Shown in pieces: positions 10,511-20,427 of a DNA stretch of 64,000 bases. Location of the stretch: assembly GCA_965214405.1 (NCBI GenBank), contig OZ243956.1, positions 3,936,001-4,000,000 of the forward strand, written 5' to 3'. The number at the start of each line of letters is the position of its first letter. Within the stretch, counting starts at the first letter, position 1. The notes beneath the pieces were generated by a model, which did no database searches, was not told where the DNA came from, and saw only the letters and a list, made by a program, of their open reading frames with translations. The position numbers and the translations under genes were made by a program. Source of the DNA: Trueperaceae bacterium (lineage in GTDB: Bacteria > Deinococcota > Deinococci > Deinococcales > Trueperaceae).

Positions 10511-11023
10511 CTACCGAAACTCTACAAAAACGCGCCCCCCTATCACGCGACCAGTAGGTACAGGTGTTACAGAGCCGTCGTCTTCTAAGACTCCCTCGTA
10601 TCCAACTATAGTCACGCCTCTCGCTTCTGTAGCCGTTAACCGGATGCTGTGGCTAACCTCGACGGTTTCCCCTCTTCTTATCGTGATGGTTTGTGCCTTA
10701 TATAAAGGCTCGTCATCTGCCACAACAAAACCGCCAGGTAATGATAATGAGTCACAAGTCCCATCCGGGTAATCAACAAGGCTTTCAGAGGGGATGAAAC
10801 AGAGGCCGAAAACTGCTCCTGGAATCGTCTGCTCTTCGACCGTGGTGAGTTCTGTAAGTCTATACCCGCCTGTTACTGTGACCTGGACAAGATTGCCAAC
10901 TTCGGCAGAGCCTGAGCCAACTGTGACGATTGGCTTGAGGCCGACTGCGAGCTGGTTTTTGTCAGCCATGCAGCCACTGAAGAGGAGACTAAGGAAGGTC
11001 AACACTAAAAAAGCTCTGGTCAT
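10511..11023 (-). CDS. Lipoprotein, tandem paralog copy 2
   Basis: MTRAFLVLTFLSLLFSGC lipobox; AVFGLCFIPS core. Confidence 0.88.
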   Translation of the reverse strand: MTRAFLVLTFLSLLFSGCMADKNQLAVGLKPIVTVGSGSAEVGNLVQVTVTGGYRLTELTTVEEQTIPGAVFGLCFIPSESLVDYPDGTCDSLSLPGGFVVADDEPLYKAQTITIRRGETVEVSHSIRLTATEARGVTIVGYEGVLEDDGSVTPVPTGRVIGGRVFVEFR

Positions 11024-11102
11024 AGCGTTCTTCCCCCATTTGAGGGTAGCGAGAAGCAAACAACACGGCCTACACTAAACTGATGCAGGCCGTGCTGAGT
11101 GG

Positions 11103-11615
11103 CTATTGAAACTCTACAAAAACGCGCCCTCCTGTGACGCGACCAGTACCTACAGGCGTTACAGATCCATCATCTTCCAGGACCCCGAAATACCCAACTA
11201 TAGTCACGCCTCTCGCCTCTGTGGCCGTCAACCGGATGTCGTGATTCACCTTGACGGTTTCCCCTCTTCTTACCGTGATGGTTTGCGCTTCGTACAAAGG
11301 CTCGTCATCCGCCACAATGAAACCGTCGGGCAGTGATAATGTGTCACAAGTCCCATCGTAGTAATCAACAAGGTTTTCGGAGGGAATAAAGCAGAGGCCG
11401 AAAACTGCTCCTGGGATTGTATCCTCTTCAACCGTCGTGTACTCCGTGAGCCTAAACCCGCCGGTCACTGTAATTTGTAAAAAGTTGCCAACTTCGGCAG
11501 AGTTTGAGTTAACCGTGACGACAGGCTTAAGAACACCCGCAAGCTGGTCCTTGGCGGGTGTGCAGCCACTAAAGAGGAGACTAAGGAAGGTCAACACTAA
11601 ATAAGCTCTGGTCAT
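11103..11615 (-). CDS. Lipoprotein, tandem paralog copy 1
   Basis: MTRAYLVLTFLSLLFSGC lipobox; RBS right after the protease stop. Confidence 0.88.
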   Translation of the reverse strand: MTRAYLVLTFLSLLFSGCTPAKDQLAGVLKPVVTVNSNSAEVGNFLQITVTGGFRLTEYTTVEEDTIPGAVFGLCFIPSENLVDYYDGTCDTLSLPDGFIVADDEPLYEAQTITVRRGETVKVNHDIRLTATEARGVTIVGYFGVLEDDGSVTPVGTGRVTGGRVFVEFQ

Positions 11616-11790
11616 AGCACGCCTCTTTTACTTGCAGGTCTCAGGGTCAATTGAGCCCAAAGTGTTCTTCTTCAGTATGCCACACATCAGAACAACTTCT
11701 CCTTTTTCTGGCTTCAGACTCGGCAGGATGCGTATGTAGTGCTTCTCCAAAGCGGCACCACCCTTTAAGGTGGAGAAAAGGAGAAGCGAG

Positions 11791-12084
11791 ATGGCAAGGA
11801 TCAGACCCAAACAGTGGAGCAGCGAGGAAAAGACGGCGCTTGTGCTGACGCTCTTGCGAGGCGAGGCCAGTGCTGCGGAACTGTGCAGGCGGCATGGCAT
11901 GAGCGAGAACAGCTTGTACACCTGGCGGGAGCGGTTTTTAGCAGCAGGCCAAGAGGCTTTGACCAATGGAAAAGCGAAGAGAGGAATTGCTTCTAAAGCA
12001 GAGGAAGAGAACCGAGCCCTGAAAGAGGCACTGGCAGAGGCGGTGTTGCGGAACGAGCTGCTCAAAAAAACGCGCCTCGGATGA
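11791..12084 (+). CDS. IS3 transposase OrfA (HTH)
   Basis: WSSEEKTALVL..ELCRRHGM..LYTWRERF; A7 slippery run at 12064-12070. Confidence 0.9.
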   Translation: MARIRPKQWSSEEKTALVLTLLRGEASAAELCRRHGMSENSLYTWRERFLAAGQEALTNGKAKRGIASKAEEENRALKEALAEAVLRNELLKKTRLG

Positions 12085-12917
12085 GTTATCAGGAGATGGA
12101 GGCACTTCGGGAGGAACTGGGCTTGGGTGTCAATGCTTTTTTGCGGCTCGGCGGTATTGCTAAGAGCAGCTACTACCGACGTAAACGCGGCGGCAAGGCA
12201 AAAACAACTCTGCAAGCGGCGGTCGAGGAAAGGGTAAAACGACTCTGCGACGAACATCCTCGGCTGGGGCACCGGCCCATCCACGCGTTGCTGGCAAAAA
12301 CGCATCCCATCAGCCCGAGCACGGTCTACCGAATCATGAAGCGGCTTGACCTGTGTCAGAAACCTCAGAAAAAGAAAAGGGTGAAAAGCAGCTCTGCTCC
12401 TCTGGAGCTGGACAACCTTGGCCTCACCGTCGGGCTCGACTTTACGCACTGGGGTCAAAAGCCTATCCTCAACGTGCTGGAGTATGAGAGCCGTTACTGC
12501 TTAGCGTCGGTAGTGAGCGAGCGCGAAACCAGCGAAGCCGCCAAAGAAGCTCTTGACCGTGCTCTACAAGAGGCGAAGGGTCTCGGATTGCCTTATAGGA
12601 ATATAGAAGTCAAGAGTGACCACGGGAGCACCTTTACGGCTGAGACCTTTCGCAGCTTCTTACACGACCACCGTTGTCAACACACGCTCTCGGCGGTGGG
12701 TCGTCCTCAAGGGATGGGACGGGTCGAGCGTTTCAACCGCTCGCTCAAAGAACAGGGGCTTCAGCCTGAAGACCTCGAACCCAGCCAAAGTTTGCAGCCC
12801 ACGCTCGACGCCTACCGCAACTACTATAATATTAAGCGTCCCCACCAAGCCCTCGGCTACAAAACCCCACTAGAACTTCTGCAGTCAAAGGGCTATAATT
12901 CAGTACCGCTAATTTGA
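12081..12917 (+). CDS. IS3 transposase OrfB (rve/DDE)
   Basis: DFT, SDHGSTF, VERFNRSLK, YNIKRPHQALGYKTP. Confidence 0.92.
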   Translation: MSYQEMEALREELGLGVNAFLRLGGIAKSSYYRRKRGGKAKTTLQAAVEERVKRLCDEHPRLGHRPIHALLAKTHPISPSTVYRIMKRLDLCQKPQKKKRVKSSSAPLELDNLGLTVGLDFTHWGQKPILNVLEYESRYCLASVVSERETSEAAKEALDRALQEAKGLGLPYRNIEVKSDHGSTFTAETFRSFLHDHRCQHTLSAVGRPQGMGRVERFNRSLKEQGLQPEDLEPSQSLQPTLDAYRNYYNIKRPHQALGYKTPLELLQSKGYNSVPLI

Positions 12918-15070
12918 AGCACTACAGTAGCCTCCACATAGAACTTAGGTAGGACTCAGCGTTAACATTGACGAACCGGCTCGCTACGTTCTCGTACCTC
13001 CCTTGGGGTGTGAGTGGCACGGCAATGTTGTCGTCATCGGTGCCACCATTATCAGCCGGGGTGTCATACCAATCCCAGAGAAACGCCGCCACCCAAATCT
13101 CGACGCCTGGACCTTCGTGGAGGGTGTTAGCAGGCCGGTACTTCCTGGGGTCTTCAATAAATCGAGGGAGTTCCACGGAAACGTCAAGAAAGTACCGCGT
13201 CGTCACCGCCTCGAAAAAGTCCGCCCAGCCCTCAATCATCGCGGCTTCTTGACCGCTGTTGAGAAGCAGGCTGTGTCCGAGACAACCGTAGCAGCTTGGG
13301 AATACTCCTGGCTGGAGCGCCTTAGTTGAGTATCTGTAGTCGGCATTGTAGGAGCTTTCGCCGTACATACGCCGGTAGTACGCCTCGTGCCCGAACTCAT
13401 GGAAAAGAACGTTATCTTCAGTTGCATGACCGGCAACGATGAACATGCGGCCTATAGCGGCGCGTGATGTGCCGTACTCGGTAGCGGGGTAGTACACATC
13501 AACCGGAAAGTTGTTGTAGCCGCTGCCTGTCGACCTCACCCAATCATGCACTTGATTTAATCTATACCAAATGCGCTGGGCTTTAGTGTTATTGGCATTC
13601 GAGGTCGCCGTGATGTCTATAACCTTACCCATCATTTCGTAGGAGTTCATATCGTAGTAGACACCCGTGCGCCACTCATGGCGGTAGTTGAGCACCCCGT
13701 AGTGGGTCGAGACACCTTTGTTGCTTTCACCAATAATCTTGAAGAGCGGGTCCGGGTCGCTGTTGTTGCGAACGGCGGCGTCGCAGGGTGGCAGCGGGAA
13801 ATCGAGCCGACCGTTGTCGCCGACGTAACCGGTATAAAGCAAGGTGCTGTTCTGGTTCTTGTCTAAAACGTCAACGTGTGTACCCTTGGGAACGGCAATG
13901 GCTGTTTCACTTGTGTCTAAGTAGCCGTTGCCGTTAAGGTCGATGCGATGTACAAAGTAGACATAGGTCCAGATGAGAGGCCCCGAGCAGTTGAGCTGTA
14001 AACTCAGTTCGTCGCCGGACGCGCCCGCTTCTTCCGCCAAATCCGCGGGGCCGGGTTCGCCCTCTCCGGTTCCTTCGAGAAAATACTCCACCGCGTACTC
14101 GGGCTCGGTTAAACTGCCATCTAGTGTACTGTACTGAACGCCCTCAATAATTACCACGGGCGGTGAGTCGGGTGCGGGCTCTTGTACCGCGCCGTCTGCG
14201 GATTCTTCTTCAAACCACTCGAGATAATCCTCCTCGGTCGCTCTGGGCAGAGAGTCGAGGTAATTATCTTCATCCACAACGGTTCCTTCCCCGCTGCTTT
14301 GAATGCTGAGACCCGACGAAGGCGAACCGTAGAGGATGTTGAGCGTATCGCTGTAGTTCGTCCCCCCTAAGTTCGCGTTGACGCTAAGCATCAGGTAGTC
14401 GGCTTTATCTACGGTGGCGTCGAAATGCGCCTCCGCCGCGCCTTGTTGGTCCGTACGGAGCATCACGAGTTTCGTGCTGGGCGTGATGCCGGACATCCCG
14501 GTTACCGACACCTCAACCAGCGTGTCAGAAGCCGCACCTGCGACCTTCACGGCAACTGGAAAGGACTGGTTGAGGGGAATTTGCTTCGTCAGGGCTTCAA
14601 TCTTGATTTGCGGTTCCGAAGGGGCTTCTGCTGGCGCGGGCGGGGTCGTGTTACACCCACTCAGCACGAACAGGCACAGCACAAAGACGACGGCAAGAAC
14701 TCTCACAACGAACCTCCACAAGCGGATTTGGCATAGGGGGTAGCTGTGAGGTTCAGCTTGCCTTAAATGTCTATATTAGAGTCCCGCCCGTGTCAGGACT
14801 ACCCCTGTTTGTTTGAAATGATATTAGGCTTACATTCTTCAGATGTCAATATCACGCTGCCTTAATTAAAGTTTAGTGCGTTATGCTCAAGGTAAAGGTG
14901 GCAGGAAAGTCGAGGGCTAACCGTGGTTTGGGTGGGTTGTTCCAACAGAAGACAACCCGGTTTCTACCTTCCTGTTACCTTATGGACGTGGCTAGACGAT
15001 GCTTATCCTCCCGATCCTCCCATTCGATGTCCCGAGAAAAGAAATATATATCCGCTCGAGAAGCACCTCA

Positions 15071-16165
15071 ATGAAAGGTGTAACTGAAACCGAGATAGAC
15101 GCCTTTACCTTCCGCTGGTCGGACCTCCCGCCGCTCACCCACGCGTTGCCGGGGACGGGCGGCGTGATTCGGCGTCGCCTTGAGGATTTCACCGTGGACG
15201 AGGTGCCGCTTTATCTGCCCGAGGGCGGTGGGTCTCACGCGTATGCACTTGTCGAAAAGCGCGGCCTGACCACGCGCGATTTAGTGGTAGCGCTCGGACG
15301 GGCGGGGGTGGCGGAGCGCTCGATTGGTGTGGCGGGGCTTAAAGACAAACACGCGGTGACGCGGCAGTGGCTGAGTGTGCCGAATAGTCAGGCGGCGGCG
15401 CTTGAGGCGTTGGAAGCGTTGGAGGGCGTAAAGGTGCTCGAGCGTTCGCGCCACCGTAACAAGCTGGGCATGGGTCACCTGCTGGGCAACCGTTTCACGG
15501 TGCGGGTGCGGGGGGCGGAAGAGGACGCGCTGGCTCGAGCGCAGGAGGTACTGATTGCGCTGCAAGAGCAAGGCGCGCCCAACTATTTTGGCCCCCAGCG
15601 TTTTGGCCGCTTTGGGACGAACGCGGTGGACGGCCTCAAGCTCGTCCGGGGTGAGTGGGTGCCGGGGGGGCACCGGCTTAAGCGATTTTTTATCTCGGCG
15701 CTCCAGTCGCTCCTTTTTAACGATTTGCTGGCGCGTCGCATCGGAGATGGGCTTTACACCCACGTGCTGACCGGCGATTGGGCCAGAAAGCACAGCACGG
15801 GCGGAACGTTTTTGGTCGAGGATGGGAACGTGGAGAGCCCGAGGGCCGAGGTGCTGGAAATCAGCCCGACGCTGCCGCTGTGGGGTAAAAAGGTGCGGGT
15901 GAGCGGGGGAGAGGCGGGGGCGTTAGAAGAGGAGACGCTGGCGCGTTTCGGCCTCCGCTGGACGGACTTTACGAGTCGCAAGGGCTCGAGGCGCATCACC
16001 CGCGTGTTGTTGGAAGATGTAAAACTTGAAGGAACCGAAGACGGCTACATCCTCTCTTTTGGACTTCCCAAAGGCGCGTTTGCCACCACGGTGTTGCGTG
16101 AGGTGATGAAGGTCGAGGTGGATGTGGGGGCTGAAGATGGTGAAGAGGATGCGGATGAGGTGTGA
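15071..16165 (+). CDS. truD: tRNA pseudouridine-13 synthase
   Basis: EDFTVDE, AGLKDKHAVTRQW, GNRF, PNYFGPQRFG, LPKGAFAT; start uncertain. Confidence 0.95.
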   Translation: MKGVTETEIDAFTFRWSDLPPLTHALPGTGGVIRRRLEDFTVDEVPLYLPEGGGSHAYALVEKRGLTTRDLVVALGRAGVAERSIGVAGLKDKHAVTRQWLSVPNSQAAALEALEALEGVKVLERSRHRNKLGMGHLLGNRFTVRVRGAEEDALARAQEVLIALQEQGAPNYFGPQRFGRFGTNAVDGLKLVRGEWVPGGHRLKRFFISALQSLLFNDLLARRIGDGLYTHVLTGDWARKHSTGGTFLVEDGNVESPRAEVLEISPTLPLWGKKVRVSGGEAGALEEETLARFGLRWTDFTSRKGSRRITRVLLEDVKLEGTEDGYILSFGLPKGAFATTVLREVMKVEVDVGAEDGEEDADEV

Positions 16166-16204
16166 GGGTCGTTTCGGTGGTTCTCCGCGGAATGTGAAAG
16201 TGCA

Positions 16205-16594
16205 TTAGGAAAGGCGCATCAGCCCCGCGGGCGTCGGTTTGAAACCGCACTCTTGATAGAAGGTCTCCAAATGGGGCTCATAATCCACGTGCAGCCAGCC
16301 TATCCCTCGCTCTTTTGCAGCTTGCGTAGCGCGTTTCACAAGTTCCCTACCGACACCCCGCCGTTGCCAGCCCGGATGAACCGTCGTGTCGAGTAAAAAA
16401 GCGTGAATACCGCCGTCCCAGGCGACGTTGACAAAGCCGATGAGCGTGTCTTCATCATAGGCGGCGATGTAGACCAGGCTCCGCGTCAAAACCCGCTGGA
16501 AATCATTATTGACATGGTTCGGCCATGCGCTCTCGAAAAGAGGGTTGAGAATGTCGTTGGATAGGGGCGGGCTCACGCGGTAAGTGATGCTCAC
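16205..16594 (-). CDS. GNAT acetyltransferase
   Basis: VHPGWQRRGVG, FYQECGF. Confidence 0.9.
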   Translation of the reverse strand: MSITYRVSPPLSNDILNPLFESAWPNHVNNDFQRVLTRSLVYIAAYDEDTLIGFVNVAWDGGIHAFLLDTTVHPGWQRRGVGRELVKRATQAAKERGIGWLHVDYEPHLETFYQECGFKPTPAGLMRLS

Positions 16595-16600
16595 CGTGCG

Positions 16601-19033
16601 TTAAGCCTCTCGAGCGGGCCAAAAACGCCGCGCCAAAAGTTCAACCAGAAAAAGGGCTAGACCGAGTCCGGCAAAAAGCGGCCACACGGGCAGCGCGTCG
16701 GATGGGATGGGCGGAGCGTAGACGCCGGGGACTTCTAACACCTCGCCGCCGCTCCCTAAAGATATCTCCTGGAGCAAAGCGCGGGTGTCGGTGGTGGCGA
16801 ATTCCGCGTTGGGGCTCGCCACGGGCGCGCGGGCGGCGACGTCGCTGCCGTTGACGACCAGGAGGGTGCCGCCGTCGGCGGGGGTCTCGAGCCGACCCTC
16901 GTAGCGGCCTGGGGCAACCTGTTCTAAGGGTTGCGTCACGCCGTCGTAGCGGGCCTCCAACATTTGATTGTCGATGTATTCGCCGTCTTTGACCGCGTCC
17001 ACCACGACTTTTAGGCCGGTGCCGTCGGGCGTGACCGTGGCCGAGAACTCCGCCGGGTTCGCCTGGAGCCAGCGCGTGACCGTGCCGAGGAGCGCGGGCA
17101 GTTCGTTCCAACGGCCAAAGTCGCCCGCCCAGGCGTTGAGGTCGGTGGTGAGCGCCGCCGAACGGCCCAGGCCCTGACGGCTCACGGCCAGCACGGGCTC
17201 GCCCTGGACGCCCTCGAGCAAAGTCTCAGCGTCGCGCTTCAAGGACGAGGCAATGTAGGCGTTTAGCGGCGGGACGGTCCCGCTTATGGTGGGGGTGAGG
17301 GGGTTTCTTTTGGCGCTGGGGCTCACCCGCTCCTCGCGTAACAACGAGCGGGTGGCGGTGAGCGCTTCGTTGGTAAAAATTTGGGGCAGCGTGCTCACAT
17401 TCAGCGCCGAGTAGTAGCGCCCGCCGCCCGCGTTGGCGACGGCCTCCAACCGCGGGTCCGCGCCCGCGCCAATCGCAATCGTCGAGGTGGTGACGCCCTG
17501 TGAGAGCCCCAGCGCGGCGAGCGCGGGAAAGTCGACCGACGAGCCGTTCCCGAAGCCGCCGCCATCATTAAATTCGCCGTCCGACAAGATGATGATGTGT
17601 TTGATGGCCGCGTCGCTCCCCTGCAACGCGGTAAAGGCCTCGCGGTAGGCGGGCTCCAAGACGGTGCCCCCCTGCGGCTCGATGTTGAGAATCGACGCGA
17701 GCATCTCGCGCTTGCCGCGCTCGGTCGCCTTGCGCAAATCAAAGGCCCACTCCTGTTTGTCGCTAAAGACGACCATCCCCAGCGTGTCGTCTTGGTAGGC
17801 GAGTTCGACCACACCAATCGCGCCCTCCTTGGCGAGGTCGATTTTGCTCGGGTTGCCCGAACTCATCGACTGCGAGCGGTCGAGCACGATGACCATTGCG
17901 ACGAGCGGCAGCTCAACTTCGGTGCGGAGGTCGGTGTTGACGGGCAACACCGCCTCGACGGGCGTGCGGTACCACGCGCCCAAACCGAAAGAGTCCGGGC
18001 CGCCGGTCATCAGCAAGCCGCCGCCGTTGTCGACGTAACTTTCTAACAGGGAGAGCTGACCGGGGGTAAAAGCCTTGGCACCCTCGCGCAACACCACCGC
18101 GCTGTAGTCGAGCGGGTTCGTGACCGCCTCAGGACTGCCCTCGGTCACCTCGAAGCCCTGCGCGCGCAGAAGCGCGGCCATCGCGGGGTCGCCAACGACC
18201 AACACGGGGGCGCGTTCGTCCACGGCGATGGTGCGCGTTTGGGTGTCGTCGGCGGTGGGCTGGGTCATGGGGGTCTCGAGCCGCGCGCTCACCTCTAAGT
18301 CGCCCGTTCCCCCCGTTCCCCCGGCCTCCTCGACGGGAAAAGAAAAGCGAAAGGGCGTGCGCCCCGCCTCCACGCGTTGCCGGATGGGGGGAAGGGCCTC
18401 TTCGCTTCCCCCACGCTTGATGCTCGGATAGAGCGTCACCTCGGTCGCCACGTCGCTCTCGACCACGGCGGTCACGTCGACCGTCTCGCCGGGGCTCACC
18501 GCGTCGGGGGAGAGGAGCGCGAGCACGCGCGTGCCCGGCAGCGGCGCGACGCGGTAGGTGTCGACGGGCACCCCCGGCAGCGCCAGCCGCGCGTCTCCCA
18601 CGGACTCCGCGCCGTCGGACAAGAGCAACACGCGTTTGGCACCCTCCGAGGCGGCGACTTGTAAAGCCTGGGCCAAGTCGGTGCGGTCGGTTTCTAGGTA
18701 TGGGGGCACCTCGCCCGCCCCGCCCGCAGGCACCGCCGTGGCGTCCGCGGCAAAGTAGAAGAGGCTCGGGTCGCGCTTTAGAGAAGCAAAGTCGAACGTT
18801 CCAAGCGCCTCCACCGCCCCCGATCCGACGCTGTCGGACACGTCAATGAGCACCGCCACGTCACGACCGGGTCGCTCGATTGAAGGTTGCGCGAGCGCCA
18901 CAACGAGGAGTGCCAAGGCCGCGAGCCGCGCGCCCCAAGCACCCCGCCGGGGGAGCAGCAGGGGCAGCGCGGGGAGCAGGAGCAGCGCCAGCAGGACGAG
19001 GGGCGCGCCGAACGAAAAAGACCAGGGTAGCAC
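16601..19033 (-). CDS. Membrane protein with two VWA domains and a GATase-like domain
   Basis: DVSDS and DRSQS MIDAS motifs, GGGLLMTGG..SFG, N- and C-terminal TM segments. Confidence 0.85.
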   Translation of the reverse strand: MLPWSFSFGAPLVLLALLLLPALPLLLPRRGAWGARLAALALLVVALAQPSIERPGRDVAVLIDVSDSVGSGAVEALGTFDFASLKRDPSLFYFAADATAVPAGGAGEVPPYLETDRTDLAQALQVAASEGAKRVLLLSDGAESVGDARLALPGVPVDTYRVAPLPGTRVLALLSPDAVSPGETVDVTAVVESDVATEVTLYPSIKRGGSEEALPPIRQRVEAGRTPFRFSFPVEEAGGTGGTGDLEVSARLETPMTQPTADDTQTRTIAVDERAPVLVVGDPAMAALLRAQGFEVTEGSPEAVTNPLDYSAVVLREGAKAFTPGQLSLLESYVDNGGGLLMTGGPDSFGLGAWYRTPVEAVLPVNTDLRTEVELPLVAMVIVLDRSQSMSSGNPSKIDLAKEGAIGVVELAYQDDTLGMVVFSDKQEWAFDLRKATERGKREMLASILNIEPQGGTVLEPAYREAFTALQGSDAAIKHIIILSDGEFNDGGGFGNGSSVDFPALAALGLSQGVTTSTIAIGAGADPRLEAVANAGGGRYYSALNVSTLPQIFTNEALTATRSLLREERVSPSAKRNPLTPTISGTVPPLNAYIASSLKRDAETLLEGVQGEPVLAVSRQGLGRSAALTTDLNAWAGDFGRWNELPALLGTVTRWLQANPAEFSATVTPDGTGLKVVVDAVKDGEYIDNQMLEARYDGVTQPLEQVAPGRYEGRLETPADGGTLLVVNGSDVAARAPVASPNAEFATTDTRALLQEISLGSGGEVLEVPGVYAPPIPSDALPVWPLFAGLGLALFLVELLARRFWPAREA

Positions 19034-19141
19034 CTCTCTATGGTAGCAGGCGGAGGCTGGAGGGGCGGCTACTTAGCGTACGGGGCGGTTACGAATTTTC
19101 ACTCGAGTTCCCCCACCCCTGCCATTATGATGATGCCTGTT

Positions 19142-20317
19142 ATGACCGTGCCGAGCGTTGCCTACTTGCTCATCGCCACCTCCACCGACGAGCGGGGAGA
19201 GGCGTTCGCGCCCGTGGCGGGGGCGCTGGGCTTACAGAGCATGGTCTTGAGCGACGTCGAGGCGCTGCTCTACCACACGCGGGGGGCCGCGCCCGAGGCG
19301 CTGGTGCTCGAGGACAGCCTCATCGCCAAGGTGCCGCAACTGGACCTCATCTCGCTGCTAAGGCGGCGCAAGCCGCTCGCCGAAACCCCGCTCATTTGCT
19401 TGGGACCCGACACGCCCGAACGCCACGTGGCCGCGCTTTCGTCGGGCGCGGACGTCTACCTCACGCTGCCCACGCGCCCGTCGCTGGTGAAGGCCTATTT
19501 GGAGCGCCTCCTGGGCCGCCGCCGCGCCGAGGCGGGCCTGCGCGAGACCCTAGCCAAACTCAGGCAGTTCGAGGCGGCCTACAAGGATTCCGAACGCGTC
19601 AAAGACGACCTCACCCACATGCTCGTCCACGACCTCAAGAGCCCCATCGCCAGCGTGATGGGGCTCTTGGAGCACTCCGTCGAAATCTTGCAGGCCTCCG
19701 GCGACGCGCACGGCACCGTCGAACTCTTGACTTTGGCGCGGACCGAATCGCAGCACCTCCTTAACCTAGCCGCCAACATCTTGGACGTAAGGCGCATGAA
19801 AGAGGGCCACATGCCCTATGCGCCTGACTGGCTGAGCGACCTGCCCGAACTCGCGCAGCAGTCGCTACGCGACGTGAGCGGCGCGGGGCGTGAGCGCCAC
19901 TTCTCCTTTCTGGTCCGGCCCGAGGTGGACGCGGTTTACGTCGACGCCGCGCTCCTGCGCCGCGTGCTCGCCAACTTGTTCGCCAACGCGATCAAGCACA
20001 CCCGGCGAGGCGGGCACATCGACTTTCGGGCTTGGAAACAAGATGATACGTTCGTCTTGAGCGTGCGCGACGACGGCGAAGGCATCCCCGAGGAGGACCA
20101 AAAGCGCATCTTTAACGCGTTCGAACAGTCGCGTCACACGATTCACGACCGCTTTGACACGGGTATGGGGCTCACCTTTTGCAAGCTGGCCGTCGAGAAG
20201 CACGGCGGCAAAATCTGGGTCGAATCTAAAGTGGGGCGCGGCAGTACCTTTTTGTTTACGCTGCCTGCCAGCGTGCCCGCCGAGGGGCAGGCGGACATCG
20301 CGCTTTCTGAATACTGA
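19142..20317 (+). CDS. Histidine kinase with N-terminal receiver-like domain
   Basis: HDLKSP H-box, NLFANAIKH, DDGEGI, GMGLTFC; start uncertain. Confidence 0.88.
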   Translation: MTVPSVAYLLIATSTDERGEAFAPVAGALGLQSMVLSDVEALLYHTRGAAPEALVLEDSLIAKVPQLDLISLLRRRKPLAETPLICLGPDTPERHVAALSSGADVYLTLPTRPSLVKAYLERLLGRRRAEAGLRETLAKLRQFEAAYKDSERVKDDLTHMLVHDLKSPIASVMGLLEHSVEILQASGDAHGTVELLTLARTESQHLLNLAANILDVRRMKEGHMPYAPDWLSDLPELAQQSLRDVSGAGRERHFSFLVRPEVDAVYVDAALLRRVLANLFANAIKHTRRGGHIDFRAWKQDDTFVLSVRDDGEGIPEEDQKRIFNAFEQSRHTIHDRFDTGMGLTFCKLAVEKHGGKIWVESKVGRGSTFLFTLPASVPAEGQADIALSEY

Positions 20318-20427
20318 GGGTTGTCGGGTGTTCCTGTGACTTTTCTCAACGGGTGAGGCTGGGATGATGTATCACAACAAGTTGGACGGCTTCGCACCTC
20401 ACAAATGGGCGCGCTAAACTCGAGTGC

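Larger units (their letters stand above)
11735..12926 (+). mobile_element. IS3-family insertion sequence
   Basis: IRs TGTAGTGCTTC..AGCGG / CCGCT..GAAGCACTACA; 3-bp TSD GTA; orfA/orfB arrangement. Confidence 0.95.
11628..14706 (-). pseudogene. Zinc metalloprotease lipoprotein interrupted by IS3 near its C-terminus
   Basis: Lipobox VLSGC; HEFGH and EGWADFF; removing IS 11735-12926 plus one GTA restores ..SSMWRL-RILPSLKPEKGEVVLMCGILKKNTLGSIDPETCK*. Confidence 0.85.

Noticed and set aside
8715..11102. Integron attC cassette array
   Set aside because: Hairpins are only ~30-40 nt, lack consistent RYYYAAC/GTTRRRY ends, separate paralogous genes, and no integrase is in the window.
8752..11615. Diversity-generating retroelement
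   Set aside because: No reverse transcriptase, and differences between copies do not look adenine-specific.
11628..12458. 276-aa minus-strand ORF as a gene
   Set aside because: It is antisense to the IS3 transposase; only its last 34 codons are real (the protease tail).
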